61,938 nt of DNA from a bacterium (lineage in GTDB: Bacteria > Patescibacteriota > Minisyncoccia > Phycocordibacterales > Phycocordibacteraceae), in contig JAJZRL010000005.1 of the NCBI GenBank assembly GCA_021802705.1, positions 1-61,938 of the forward strand. Reading direction: 5' to 3'. The position numbers and the translations under genes are program-made. The notes under the pieces are model-generated. The model worked only from the letters and a program-made list of their open reading frames with translations. It searched no databases and was not told where the DNA came from. The number at the start of each line of letters is the position of its first letter. The first letter of the stretch is position 1. This document shows, piece by piece, positions 28,384 through 37,363 of this stretch.

Positions 28384-29438
28384 GATAGAAGCTTCGCGAG
28401 CGCCGTAACAAGAATGCTTACGTCTGCTTCGCGTCTAGCAGTCTCGGCGAGATCGCTTCCCACCTGCGCAAAGTCGGGTGCACGTATAAGTGCGCTGATT
28501 TTCTCAGCAAGGTCGTGCGAGTCGCCGTGCAAAAAGGAAAGCCGCTCGGCATAGGAACCGAGATATTTTTTGAAACCACGGTTCGCGACGATAGCCGGCA
28601 CGCTTGCGGCCATCGATTCGAACACAACCTTATCAAGCCCGCCTGTCGGACAGAGGTTTACGGAAATATCGTGCTCTGCATACTGGCGCGGCATGTTGTC
28701 ATACGTGACAGCCCCGACAAAGGCTACACGGTCTTCAAGGCCTCGCTTTGCAACAAGCTCTTTTACCTCGTGCTCGTAGGCACTATCGCCTGCTCTAACT
28801 GGCGCACCAATTAAGGTGAGACGTACGTCGACATCGCGCTCGCGCAAGAGCGCGAGCGCTTCGACGACCGTCCTCTGATCCTTGATCGGCGTGAGACGTC
28901 CGACACAGATGATCTCAAGCGGGCTATGCGGAACGGAACGCTTGTGAGGATTACGGAAAAAGGCCGTATCGATGCCATGACCAAGCACGTGTACCTTGTG
29001 CGAATTCAGATTGAAACTCGAAGCTGAGGTTGTCGCGATTACATCCGCGAAACGAGCGGCAACGCGGAGCTTGAGCGTAACTGCGCGATGTGCGTACCAC
29101 AGCACGACTCGTTTACGAGTGATCCGCCACCACCAGCCAGCGAGCGCAAGATATTCCGGATTCATATGCACGAAGACCGCGTCGTAGTCGTGGCGCAATT
29201 TCCAGACGAGCCGTTTGAAACGGAGAATGTAGAGGAGCCGCCGCGCGAAGCGCGGCGGCTTGTTCTCTTTCCCAAGCGAATGCACGCGCACATTTCCCGG
29301 CAGATCGTACTTCCCTACCCGAAGCGCGATGACTTCTATGCGCTCGAAATGCTTCGCGAACTCCTCTATCCAGTGCACGAAAAATCCGAGGACAGGATCG
29401 TTCGCATCGACAGCCTGTGTAACGATAAGCAGCTTCAT
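28380..29438 (-). CDS. Glycosyltransferase family 4
   Basis: 352 aa. GGLDKVVFESMAASVPAIVAN motif; 4-nt overlaps with both neighbours. Confidence 0.8.
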   Translation of the reverse strand: MKLLIVTQAVDANDPVLGFFVHWIEEFAKHFERIEVIALRVGKYDLPGNVRVHSLGKENKPPRFARRLLYILRFKRLVWKLRHDYDAVFVHMNPEYLALAGWWWRITRKRVVLWYAHRAVTLKLRVAARFADVIATTSASSFNLNSHKVHVLGHGIDTAFFRNPHKRSVPHSPLEIICVGRLTPIKDQRTVVEALALLRERDVDVRLTLIGAPVRAGDSAYEHEVKELVAKRGLEDRVAFVGAVTYDNMPRQYAEHDISVNLCPTGGLDKVVFESMAASVPAIVANRGFKKYLGSYAERLSFLHGDSHDLAEKISALIRAPDFAQVGSDLAETARREADVSILVTALAKLLS

Positions 29439-30571
29439 ACGCGCTGGATCGTCTTTGCGAGATCGTCGGCGATACGCGCCGGAATATCGCCCCTTGCAGC
29501 GAGATGCGCGGAAACGGCGTCTTCCGCATGGAGCGAAAGCTCCTGCCGCAAGAAATTGTCCTCGAGGAGACTGATGATGTGACGCGAGAGCTTCGCCGGG
29601 TCGGCTACCGGCGCGACGAGAACATCCGTATCGCTTTTGAACACTTCGCCCACGATTCCGACGTCGGTCGTGATGATAGGCACCCTGGCAAGCGCCGCCT
29701 CGATGAGCGTGCGAGCGTAGCCTTCGTAGGCGCTCGCCTGGATGAATGTTTGAGCGCTCCGCATGAGTCCCCGGGCATCCGGACGGTTCCCGAGAAAAAC
29801 GACCCTGTCGGCAAGCCCGATGGAGCGCGAGAGGCGCTCGAGCGTGGCGCGTTCACGGCCGTCTCCGACGATAAAAAGACCGACCATCGGATACTTCCCG
29901 AGGACGAGCTTGAGCGCTATGAGTATGTCTTCCACGCGTTTTTCGGGTTCGAGCCGCCCGACCGCGATGAGCGCGAACGTGAAAGGGTGCGCGGGAAGCG
30001 GCACCGGCTCGGGCACGGCCGTATCGACCGCGACCGGGATAACCGACGGTTCCGCGATACGCTCCCCGTATCGCGCGACAAGGGATGTCTTCACCCTCTC
30101 CGAGACGACGCGGATGCCATGAGCGGCCGGCAGTATCCGCCCCGCTATCTTCTGCCGATGATGATTCAAGAACGGCATATGGACCGTCGGAGCGAGCGGT
30201 GCCTTACCCTTCACGAACCACGGCGAGAGGAAGTCGGTGTGCACCTGGACATGCAGCTTTGCGCTTGTGCCGCGGACGGCACGAGACGCTGCGAGCCCGT
30301 GCTCGAAAGGGTCCTGTGCCGAGACGATTTCGATGCCATGCTTGAGGATGAGCGCATGCGCGCGCTTCGCAAGGGAACGCACCCGAAAGAGCTTCCACGC
30401 GTGCACGGGGTGAAGGAAGAGGGTTCCCTGCTGCTCCTCAAGCGCCCCGCTTCCTGCAGGCGAAACGATGTGCAATTCCCCTATCGCCGAAGCGTACGCT
30501 TGCATGCGCGCGCGGACGGCGCTTGCCGCATCGAATATCGCCGGATCGTTCGAGACGAAAAGAGCCTTCAT
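29435..30571 (-). CDS. Glycosyltransferase family 4
   Basis: 378 aa. YEGYARTLIEAALARVPIITTDVG motif. Confidence 0.8.
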   Translation of the reverse strand: MKALFVSNDPAIFDAASAVRARMQAYASAIGELHIVSPAGSGALEEQQGTLFLHPVHAWKLFRVRSLAKRAHALILKHGIEIVSAQDPFEHGLAASRAVRGTSAKLHVQVHTDFLSPWFVKGKAPLAPTVHMPFLNHHRQKIAGRILPAAHGIRVVSERVKTSLVARYGERIAEPSVIPVAVDTAVPEPVPLPAHPFTFALIAVGRLEPEKRVEDILIALKLVLGKYPMVGLFIVGDGRERATLERLSRSIGLADRVVFLGNRPDARGLMRSAQTFIQASAYEGYARTLIEAALARVPIITTDVGIVGEVFKSDTDVLVAPVADPAKLSRHIISLLEDNFLRQELSLHAEDAVSAHLAARGDIPARIADDLAKTIQRV

Positions 30572-31683
30572 ACGCTTTGCAATAGTGTAGCAGTTTCCGC
30601 AAGCATCGCTCCCGCTGAGAAACGGGCGGCAAACGCCTTCGCCGCCGCTGACAGGCGCTCTGAGAGACTCGCGTCGGTCAGCATGCGCGTGAGGGCGTCG
30701 CGCAATTCGTCGGTATCGTTGACCGGAACCAAGAGCCCGTTTCTCTCGTGTTCGATAAGCTCGACGTTGCCGCCTGCCTTCGTCGCTATGATCGGCTTTC
30801 CGAAAGAGAGAGCTTCGATGAGCACGTGCGAAAGGCCTTCATAGGAAGAATTAAGGACGAAGACATCCGCGTCTTGGAGCGTAGCGAGGAGGTCTGCGTG
30901 CGGGATCGAGCCGGTAAAGGAGAAGCCGGAACCGAGCGCTTGTCGCGCGCGCGCCGCGAGGCGCGCGCGCTCCGGCCCGTCCCCGACGACGACAAGCGAG
31001 GCGTCCCTGCCCTCTTTGCGGAGCGCCGCAACAGCGTCGATCACGCCGTCCACATGCTTCCACGGGACCAGGCGGCCTGCCGTCACGACGCGCGGACGAG
31101 GAAGCGTTGCGGCCTCTTCGGGCACCTTCCCGGGCGTTTCGAGAGGGACGGCGTTATAGATAACCGCGATCTTCTCTTTCGGGATGCCCCACGCCGCGAC
31201 GATGCCTTTGAGGTACTCGCTCGGCACGATGACGGCGCGCGCGCGGCGTGCCACGCTCGCTTGTATACGCCGCAAGAGCCGCACAGGGAGCGGCACGCGC
31301 TTCGTCCTCACGAACGTGTCGAGGTCGGCCGTCACGCCGAAGCGCTGCCGCCCCTGCTCCCAGGCATAATCGCCCACCACCTTCACGACAAAGGGCTTAC
31401 GAGCGCGCCGCGCGGCCATCATCGCGGGAAAACCTACCGAGACCGGGTCGAGCGCAAGCACGGCATCCGCTTCGCGCGCCGCGCGGAATACGCGGCGGTA
31501 GTACGCGTAATGCCGCACGAGCTTCGGCAGGTGGCGCACCTCGCCGAACTTCACCACCTCGACCTTAATCTCTGGAAAGTCAGACTTTCCAGTTTTCGGC
31601 AGTCCCTCCTCGAGGAGCTTCGCGTACGTCGCGGGCCCGCCGATCTCGGGCGGGTAGAGGGGTGTGGCAAGGACGAGCCGCAT
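30568..31683 (-). CDS. Glycosyltransferase family 4 (first gene of the overlapping GT operon)
   Basis: 371 aa. MRLVLATPLYPPEIGGPATYAK and YEGLSHVLIEALSFGKPIIATKAGG. Confidence 0.8.
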   Translation of the reverse strand: MRLVLATPLYPPEIGGPATYAKLLEEGLPKTGKSDFPEIKVEVVKFGEVRHLPKLVRHYAYYRRVFRAAREADAVLALDPVSVGFPAMMAARRARKPFVVKVVGDYAWEQGRQRFGVTADLDTFVRTKRVPLPVRLLRRIQASVARRARAVIVPSEYLKGIVAAWGIPKEKIAVIYNAVPLETPGKVPEEAATLPRPRVVTAGRLVPWKHVDGVIDAVAALRKEGRDASLVVVGDGPERARLAARARQALGSGFSFTGSIPHADLLATLQDADVFVLNSSYEGLSHVLIEALSFGKPIIATKAGGNVELIEHERNGLLVPVNDTDELRDALTRMLTDASLSERLSAAAKAFAARFSAGAMLAETATLLQSV

Positions 31684-31694
31684 ACGTGTTTATT

Positions 31695-32138
31695 CTAACG
31701 TTTCTTGGCGCTTCGCTTCACCGCTTTTTTGACCGGCCGTTTCTTTGCTGTCTGCGGCTTTATCGCATGCGTTTCAAACCATACCGCGATCTTTTCATAC
31801 TCCCACTTGTCTTCGGCAATATGCAATGCGAGCGAGTAAAACTCGCCCTCATGAGCTTCGATTCGATATCCGCTCTCCTCCAGGAATACTGATGCGACCG
31901 TAATGCCCGTCCTCTTGTTTCCGTCGAGAAACGGGTGGAGCGCGATGATATTGCGGGCATACACTGCCGCCTTGAGAAACAACGTCGGATACAACTCTTT
32001 TCCGAAGACTGCTTGCCGCGGCTGTCCCACGACGCTTGCTATCGCATGCCGATCGCGGACACCTTGTAAACCGCCCGTCTCGTCGACCACTCGGCTGTGA
32101 ATAAGCAGGACCTCCTCTTCCGAAAGATACCTAGGCAT
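31695..32138 (-). CDS. doc: Fic/Doc-family toxin (death-on-curing) with a Lys-rich C-terminal tail
   Basis: HPFLDGNKRTG Fic/Doc motif. Tail KPQTAKKRPVKKAVKRSAKKR. Start taken at MPRYLSEEEV (the track ORF opens at 32162). Confidence 0.85.
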   Translation of the reverse strand: MPRYLSEEEVLLIHSRVVDETGGLQGVRDRHAIASVVGQPRQAVFGKELYPTLFLKAAVYARNIIALHPFLDGNKRTGITVASVFLEESGYRIEAHEGEFYSLALHIAEDKWEYEKIAVWFETHAIKPQTAKKRPVKKAVKRSAKKR

Positions 32139-32385
32139 CTTTGAGACGCTTGAGATCGGCACGGTAACGGCTGATGAAGGCGTCCGTCACGGCAAGGGTG
32201 CGCTTCTCGCGGGCCGAAAGCGGGGCGACTTTCTTCTCGGGCAACACCTGCACGATGAACGTATTCGGCCGCGCGCCGCGGGCCACACGAATCGGTGCTC
32301 CTGCCACACACGCGCCCAACAGATGCTTCGGAATGACTGCCGCGATCGAAGATCCGACCTTAATGAGTTTCTGTGTCGCTGCCAT
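32131..32385 (-). CDS. AbrB/MazE/SpoVT-type antitoxin paired with Doc
   Basis: MAATQKLIKVGSSIAAVIPKHLL swapped-hairpin motif. It overlaps the doc start by 8 nt. Two TATAAT boxes lie upstream. Confidence 0.7.
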   Translation of the reverse strand: MAATQKLIKVGSSIAAVIPKHLLGACVAGAPIRVARGARPNTFIVQVLPEKKVAPLSAREKRTLAVTDAFISRYRADLKRLKDA

Positions 32386-32401
32386 AGCCAGTATCGTTAT
32401 G

Positions 32402-32418
32402 ATTATAACGCCATTATA
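32402..32418 (-). promoter_or_regulatory. Tandem consensus -10 boxes upstream of the AbrB-type antitoxin
   Basis: The minus strand reads gatTATAATggcgtTATAATcataacgatactggctATG. Confidence 0.4.
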
Positions 32419-32514
32419 ATCGCACCTCATGGAGCGTCAAGCAGACGGTCGAGGAGTCCTTTTGTTTGTGCCGCGATGCCCCCTACTGCGCGATAATGAT
32501 CCGATACATGATAG

Positions 32515-32748
32515 TCAGTAGGTGTGGGAACTTCTCCAATCGATGGAGAAAATACGATTTTCATCTCCGATCCGGACATATTGTATACGCATACTCCCGA
32601 CCCGTACACGAAACTCTTGTGCTCTTCCTCTGAGCTTTTTCACGTCCATACCCGCGAGATCATTCGCGGTGATGCGAAGAATCACTGCTTCAACCTGCCT
32701 GCGACGTTCCTTATCGAGCGCGGCGAGGAACTTCTCGATCCGATTCAT
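32515..32748 (-). CDS. RelE/ParE-family toxin
   Basis: MNRIEKFLAALDKE...FRVRVGSMRIQYVRIGDENRIFSIDWRS, a typical RelE/ParE core. Start taken at the internal ATG 32748. Confidence 0.7.
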   Translation of the reverse strand: MNRIEKFLAALDKERRRQVEAVILRITANDLAGMDVKKLRGRAQEFRVRVGSMRIQYVRIGDENRIFSIDWRSSHTY

Positions 32749-32983
32749 GCAGTTTACGAAGCGCCTTGAGCACGTTCGCAGCAGGAACGCCGCGAGGATC
32801 AATATCCCTGAAGTCGACAATCTTCTCCCACACGCCTTCATCACCCCACACATCAATCGGAGTAACGCGGAACACCGGACTTGAACGGCGCACGACGGTA
32901 AACGACTTTCCCTTCTTCACTTGGGAAATATAGGTTTCCATATTCTCCCGCAATTCCTTCAGGCCGATGATGTTCGTTTTCAT
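32711..32983 (-). CDS. Phd/YefM-like antitoxin
   Basis: MKTNIIGLKELRENMETYISQVKKGKSFTVVRRSSPVFRVTPI. It lies upstream of, and overlaps, the RelE/ParE gene. Confidence 0.6.
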   Translation of the reverse strand: MKTNIIGLKELRENMETYISQVKKGKSFTVVRRSSPVFRVTPIDVWGDEGVWEKIVDFRDIDPRGVPAANVLKALRKLHESDREVPRRAR

Positions 32984-32987
32984 GGAT

Positions 32988-33011
32988 CAAGTTTATCTTA
33001 AGATAAACTTG
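32988..33011. promoter_or_regulatory. Perfect 24-bp palindrome, candidate toxin-antitoxin (TA) operator
   Basis: caagtttatcttaagataaacttg begins 5 nt upstream of the antitoxin ATG (32983), in a divergent intergenic region. Confidence 0.4.
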
Positions 33012-33069
33012 CGTCAAGCGCTACCTCGCGCACGCCGCGTCGGTTATCACTCATGTTAGATTACCAACA

Positions 33070-33591
33070 ATGCGGATACTCATAGCAACCCCGCTCTATC
33101 CCCCCGAAGTTGCGGATGCGGCAGTCTATGCCAAGGAGCTCGCCCGACGCCTCGCGAAAGACCACGAAATCACCGTCGTGACATACGCGCATTTACCCGA
33201 GGAATTGCTAAACGTGCGGGTCGTCACGGTTGAGAAGCGCCAGCCGCGCTTCGCGCGTTTACGCGCTTTCCACGGAGCGCTCGCGAAGGCCGCCCGCGAT
33301 GCAGACGCGGTCATCGCAATAAACGGCGCCTCGGTCGAATTACCGCTCATCCTTACCGCAAAGATACCGCTCATATTCTGCGTCGCCGATCGTGCCGCGT
33401 ATGCGCGGGGCGGACTGCTCCAGCGTCTTTCATTCGCACGTGCGCTCACGGTCATCCGCGACATTCCGCCGTGCAAGCCGGAAATCCTGCCGCTTAAACC
33501 TGAGCCGACCGAAGCGCTGACAGCGTGGGAACACGCGTGGGAGACGCATCTCGCCCGCCTCGATTCACTTTTCACTCATGCAAAACATTGA
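33070..33591 (+). CDS. Half-size GT4-like protein (N-terminal Rossmann half only); a stand-alone subunit or a truncated gene
   Basis: 173 aa. MRILIATPLYPPEVADAAVYAKELARRL parallels MRLVLATPLYPPEIGGPATYAKLLEEGL of 30568..31683. No C-terminal E-x7-E half is present. Confidence 0.5.
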   Translation: MRILIATPLYPPEVADAAVYAKELARRLAKDHEITVVTYAHLPEELLNVRVVTVEKRQPRFARLRAFHGALAKAARDADAVIAINGASVELPLILTAKIPLIFCVADRAAYARGGLLQRLSFARALTVIRDIPPCKPEILPLKPEPTEALTAWEHAWETHLARLDSLFTHAKH

Positions 33592-34675
33592 CGCCAAAGG
33601 CGAGTGGAAAACATACGTCGCGCACGAAAAGGCGCGCGTCATGCCGTTCCTCGCACAGCGCGGCATCCGCCTCGATGAAGACCAGCCGCAAACCATCGGC
33701 GAACGCTATCTTACGCGCCCCGTCGGCGGCGGCCGCAAAGTCGTTTTCTTCGGTCGCACGAGCGACAGAAGACGTGTGGTCATCAAGACGTCCGATGAAA
33801 CGAAAGGAAAAGAAGAACTCGAGCTAGAACAGGACGTCCGACAGATGCTCACGCGTCTCCGCTTCGCCTACGAAGTCTTCTCGCTTCCTGAAGTGCTCTG
33901 GTCCAACGTGGAGAATGGGATACTCGTTACTGAATATGTTGAGCAGGATAAGCCGTTCCTTGAGCGGCCGCTTGAGGAACAGTTCACCATCGCGCTTAGC
34001 GCGTTCAAGGCGCAGGAAGCCGCGCATATAACCACGGCCGGACACGAACTTTCGGTCGCGGATTACTACATCAAAGCAGGCGAATATAAAAAGATCGGCG
34101 AATACGCGCAAGACATCGTCGGCATGCTCTATGACGATACGGGTCTTTCCGCACGGCTCGACCCGTTCCTCGATCGGACCATCGAGCTTATACGAGACAA
34201 CGAAAAGACGCTCGACCGTTACGGCGGCTTCCTCACCCACTGGGACTTCATTCCCCAGAATTTCCGTATCCGCGATGGCAGGCTCTACCTGCTCGACCTG
34301 ACATCGATGCGCTTCGGCAATAAGTACGAAGGATGGGCGCGTTTTATCAACTTCATGACGCTCTACAATCCGGCTTTGGCCGATGCGCTCCTCGCATATG
34401 TACGGCTGAACCGCACGCCCGAGGAGTCGCTCGATTTGAAAATCATGCGCGCCTACCGTCTCGTCGAACTACTGCGCTACTATGCGGCGTGGCTTCATAA
34501 GACCGGCGGCACGACGCGCGAGCTCGCCCGCGCGCGCATCGCGTTCTGGACCGAGGTACTCGAAGCGGTGCTTGGTGACCGCGAGGTACCGAGCGCGACC
34601 ATCGAGGCATACAAGGCAAAACGTGATGCATTGCGCACCACGGATGAGAAGCGGCGGCAGGCCGGCCTCCACTAG
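33578..34675 (+). CDS. Phosphotransferase-family (APH/choline-kinase-like) kinase
   Basis: 365 aa. Catalytic-loop-like FLTHWDFIPQNFRIRDGRLYLLDL (HxDxxxxN then D). It overlaps the preceding ORF by 14 nt. Confidence 0.6.
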   Translation: MQNIDAKGEWKTYVAHEKARVMPFLAQRGIRLDEDQPQTIGERYLTRPVGGGRKVVFFGRTSDRRRVVIKTSDETKGKEELELEQDVRQMLTRLRFAYEVFSLPEVLWSNVENGILVTEYVEQDKPFLERPLEEQFTIALSAFKAQEAAHITTAGHELSVADYYIKAGEYKKIGEYAQDIVGMLYDDTGLSARLDPFLDRTIELIRDNEKTLDRYGGFLTHWDFIPQNFRIRDGRLYLLDLTSMRFGNKYEGWARFINFMTLYNPALADALLAYVRLNRTPEESLDLKIMRAYRLVELLRYYAAWLHKTGGTTRELARARIAFWTEVLEAVLGDREVPSATIEAYKAKRDALRTTDEKRRQAGLH

Positions 34676-35217
34676 CCGAGCGCTTTCATCTGTCCGACCA
34701 TCTCCGCGTACGCGTCTACAAGTGGATGCTGCCAGCTTTCCTGAAGCATCGCGAGCATCGCTTCCTCAAACCAGAGCTTCTTCTCTTTCCCCGCATTGAA
34801 ATGACACCAGACCGCGCTTCCCTCGCGTTCGTGCGCGGCAAGCAGGCTCTCTGCATTCGCGATCTTATCAGCCGTCGCGACAGCTTTCGCCCCTTCAGGA
34901 GCGGTACGCACCGATTCGATATATGCCTTCTTCTTTTCGTCCCACGAGAGCGTATCGTCGTGTGTCACCGGCGCAACGAGCGCAGCAACCCGCTCGCCGA
35001 GCTCGCGCCGGACATCTTCCATCGATACGCTCGTATCCTCGACCACGTCGTGCACGAGTCCGGCAGCGATGACTGTATCGGGGAAACCGTATCGGGCGAG
35101 CAGGATCGCCACACGCACCGGATGCGCGATATACGGCGTCGGGGCGTCCTTGCGCATCTGCCCGTCGTGCGCCCGAAGCGCAAGGACCGTCGCTTTCTCA
35201 GTCAGGCCGCCGTTCAT
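34672..35217 (-). CDS. HD-domain hydrolase, RelA/SpoT-type small (p)ppGpp hydrolase-like
   Basis: 181 aa. AHDGQMRKDAPTPYIAHPVRVA and AAGLVHDVVEDT motifs. Confidence 0.75.
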   Translation of the reverse strand: MNGGLTEKATVLALRAHDGQMRKDAPTPYIAHPVRVAILLARYGFPDTVIAAGLVHDVVEDTSVSMEDVRRELGERVAALVAPVTHDDTLSWDEKKKAYIESVRTAPEGAKAVATADKIANAESLLAAHEREGSAVWCHFNAGKEKKLWFEEAMLAMLQESWQHPLVDAYAEMVGQMKALG

Positions 35218-37319
35218 GCACAGGCTACGTCAAACACGTGCTCGCGCATCTGTACGGCGATCTTGTCCCAGTCGTAATCGCGTTCGATCATCGCGCGCGC
35301 GCGCGTCGATATTTCACGCGCCTTCTCAGGATTCGCGATGACCTCCTTTATCTTCTCTGCGAGCGCAACCGGATCTTCCGGCGGGACAATCCAGGCCGTC
35401 TCGCCATCGACCGCGTAGTCAGCGATACCGCCAACCCCCGAGGTCACGAGCGGAAGCTTCGAAGCGAGCGCCGAGACGAATGCGTTGCCAAGCCCTTCCG
35501 AACGGCTCGGCGCGACGAAGATGTCGCATGCCTTGCGGTAGAGCGTAACGACCGAACGATCAACGCGACCGGTGAAGATGACGCGTCCTCGCACGTCGAG
35601 CTCCTTCGTGAGATCCTTGAGCTTCCCTTCGTCTTCCCCGTCGCCCACTGCTACGAATTTCACGTTCTCGGGAAGATGCGTAAGCGCTTCGATGACCGTA
35701 TCGAAACCCTTCTGATGCACGAGACGCGACGTGTTTACGAGGAAGATGTCGCCTTCTTTTTTGCCGAGTTCCTTCTTCAGCTCATCAACCTCTGCTTGTG
35801 AGAACGTTTGCTTGAGGTCATTCGGATTCGCGCCATTTTTCACGAGCACGACTTCGCCCGCGTAGCCCATCTTCCGTGCCCAATCCGAAAGATAGTTCGA
35901 GATGCTCTGTACGATCGTGGCCGAGGTGAATGCTTGCTTGAAAAGCGGCCACACCGGCTTCATCACTTTCTCGATATGCTCGACCGGATCGCCCTCCTGG
36001 AGCGTGAGGATATACGGGGTTTTCGGCGAAAAGAGCTTGAAGATCGCCGCCGGGATGCCGGCCGAATGCGCCATCATCGCCCAGATGCCGTCGTAATGGT
36101 ACTTCCTGTTGAGCGAGAGGCCTTTCAGTCCGCCGAAGAGCTGGAAAAGATACTTATTGAGCTTGAGCTGCCACTTCTTGCCGTAATCCTCGAAGCGCGG
36201 GTCGGGGAGCCCGAAACCGATGCGGTGGACGAGCACGTTGCCGTAGCGTTCGACGCGCGGAAGATTGCTGTTCCAGAGGCAGGTCACCATGTGGAACTCG
36301 AAGTCTTCGGGATCGATGCGGTCAGTGATTCCCTTGATTGCCGGCTCGGCTCCGCCGTGGAAATTCGGATAGTACACCATCGAGAAGATGAGGATGCGCT
36401 TCTTCGGTTTCAAGGTTGCGAAGTCGGTCGAGTTGGTTTCCATAGGTGCCTCGTTATGTTTAGTGTCTGCGATATACGCCGGGAGCGTATATCGCTGCTT
36501 CCAACCGAGCGCTTTTACCTTCGTACTGTCCACCGGCTCGACCGAGCGAGTCGACTTGGTCGGAGAAGAATACTCGAGATGTCCGCCGAACATGCGCGCG
36601 ACGTCGAGCAGGCTGTATGACTCTGCCGCGCAAATGCCGTATTCATCCCCTTCCCCTTTCTCTCCCGCGAGGATGATGCCCTCGACCGTATCGAGGACGT
36701 GCGTGAACGGGCGCTTCTGATTCCCCGCCCCGCTTATCCTGTGCGGCAGGCCATGGAGCCAATTCTGGTGGATGGTCTCGATAAACGTACCGTACTGATC
36801 GCCGCGCTCGCGCGGGCCGTAAACATTATAAAAATACGTGATGGCATACGGAAGATCGTACCAACGGCCATACTGTACGACCAGATCGCTCATCGTTGCC
36901 TTCCCCCACGTGTAGGGCGCGAGATCTTTCCCGGCGACGCCGTCCTCTTTCCGGTACGCGAACTTGGTCGAGGAACCGGCATAGACGAGCTTAGAGCGTC
37001 GGTCGCGCCAATACTCGAGAACGGCAAGCGTGCCGTCGATATTGAGATCGAACGTGACCGCCGGCTCGGAAAGCGAGTGGCGCACGCGCGAATACTCGCC
37101 GAGGTGGTAGATGATGTCCGGCGTTTCGGGAATGAGCTTCTCGATGTCCTTGGTGTGCCCTTCGCGGTATTCGACGCCCGGGACGTGATTCTCGCGGCTT
37201 CCGGTGAAGTAATTGTCGAGCGAGATGACCTTATGGCCGTCCTTTGCGAGGCGTTCGCAGAGATGCGAACCGATGAATCCGGCTCCGCCGGTAACCAGGA
37301 TGAGCTTTCGTTCGGTCAT
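35214..37319 (-). CDS. Fusion of an NAD-dependent sugar epimerase/dehydratase (UXS-like) with a GT4 glycosyltransferase
   Basis: N-terminal VTGGAGFIGSHLCERLAKDGHKVISLDNYFTGS and YTWGK (YxxxK). C-terminal SRSEGLGNAFVSALASKLPLVTSGVGG. ATG taken at 37319 (the track opens at TTG 37337). Confidence 0.8.
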   Translation of the reverse strand: MTERKLILVTGGAGFIGSHLCERLAKDGHKVISLDNYFTGSRENHVPGVEYREGHTKDIEKLIPETPDIIYHLGEYSRVRHSLSEPAVTFDLNIDGTLAVLEYWRDRRSKLVYAGSSTKFAYRKEDGVAGKDLAPYTWGKATMSDLVVQYGRWYDLPYAITYFYNVYGPRERGDQYGTFIETIHQNWLHGLPHRISGAGNQKRPFTHVLDTVEGIILAGEKGEGDEYGICAAESYSLLDVARMFGGHLEYSSPTKSTRSVEPVDSTKVKALGWKQRYTLPAYIADTKHNEAPMETNSTDFATLKPKKRILIFSMVYYPNFHGGAEPAIKGITDRIDPEDFEFHMVTCLWNSNLPRVERYGNVLVHRIGFGLPDPRFEDYGKKWQLKLNKYLFQLFGGLKGLSLNRKYHYDGIWAMMAHSAGIPAAIFKLFSPKTPYILTLQEGDPVEHIEKVMKPVWPLFKQAFTSATIVQSISNYLSDWARKMGYAGEVVLVKNGANPNDLKQTFSQAEVDELKKELGKKEGDIFLVNTSRLVHQKGFDTVIEALTHLPENVKFVAVGDGEDEGKLKDLTKELDVRGRVIFTGRVDRSVVTLYRKACDIFVAPSRSEGLGNAFVSALASKLPLVTSGVGGIADYAVDGETAWIVPPEDPVALAEKIKEVIANPEKAREISTRARAMIERDYDWDKIAVQMREHVFDVACA

Positions 37320-37363
37320 ATGGTGAGAGTAGAACAAAAAGGCTTATCGCGCGAGCGTGCCGC

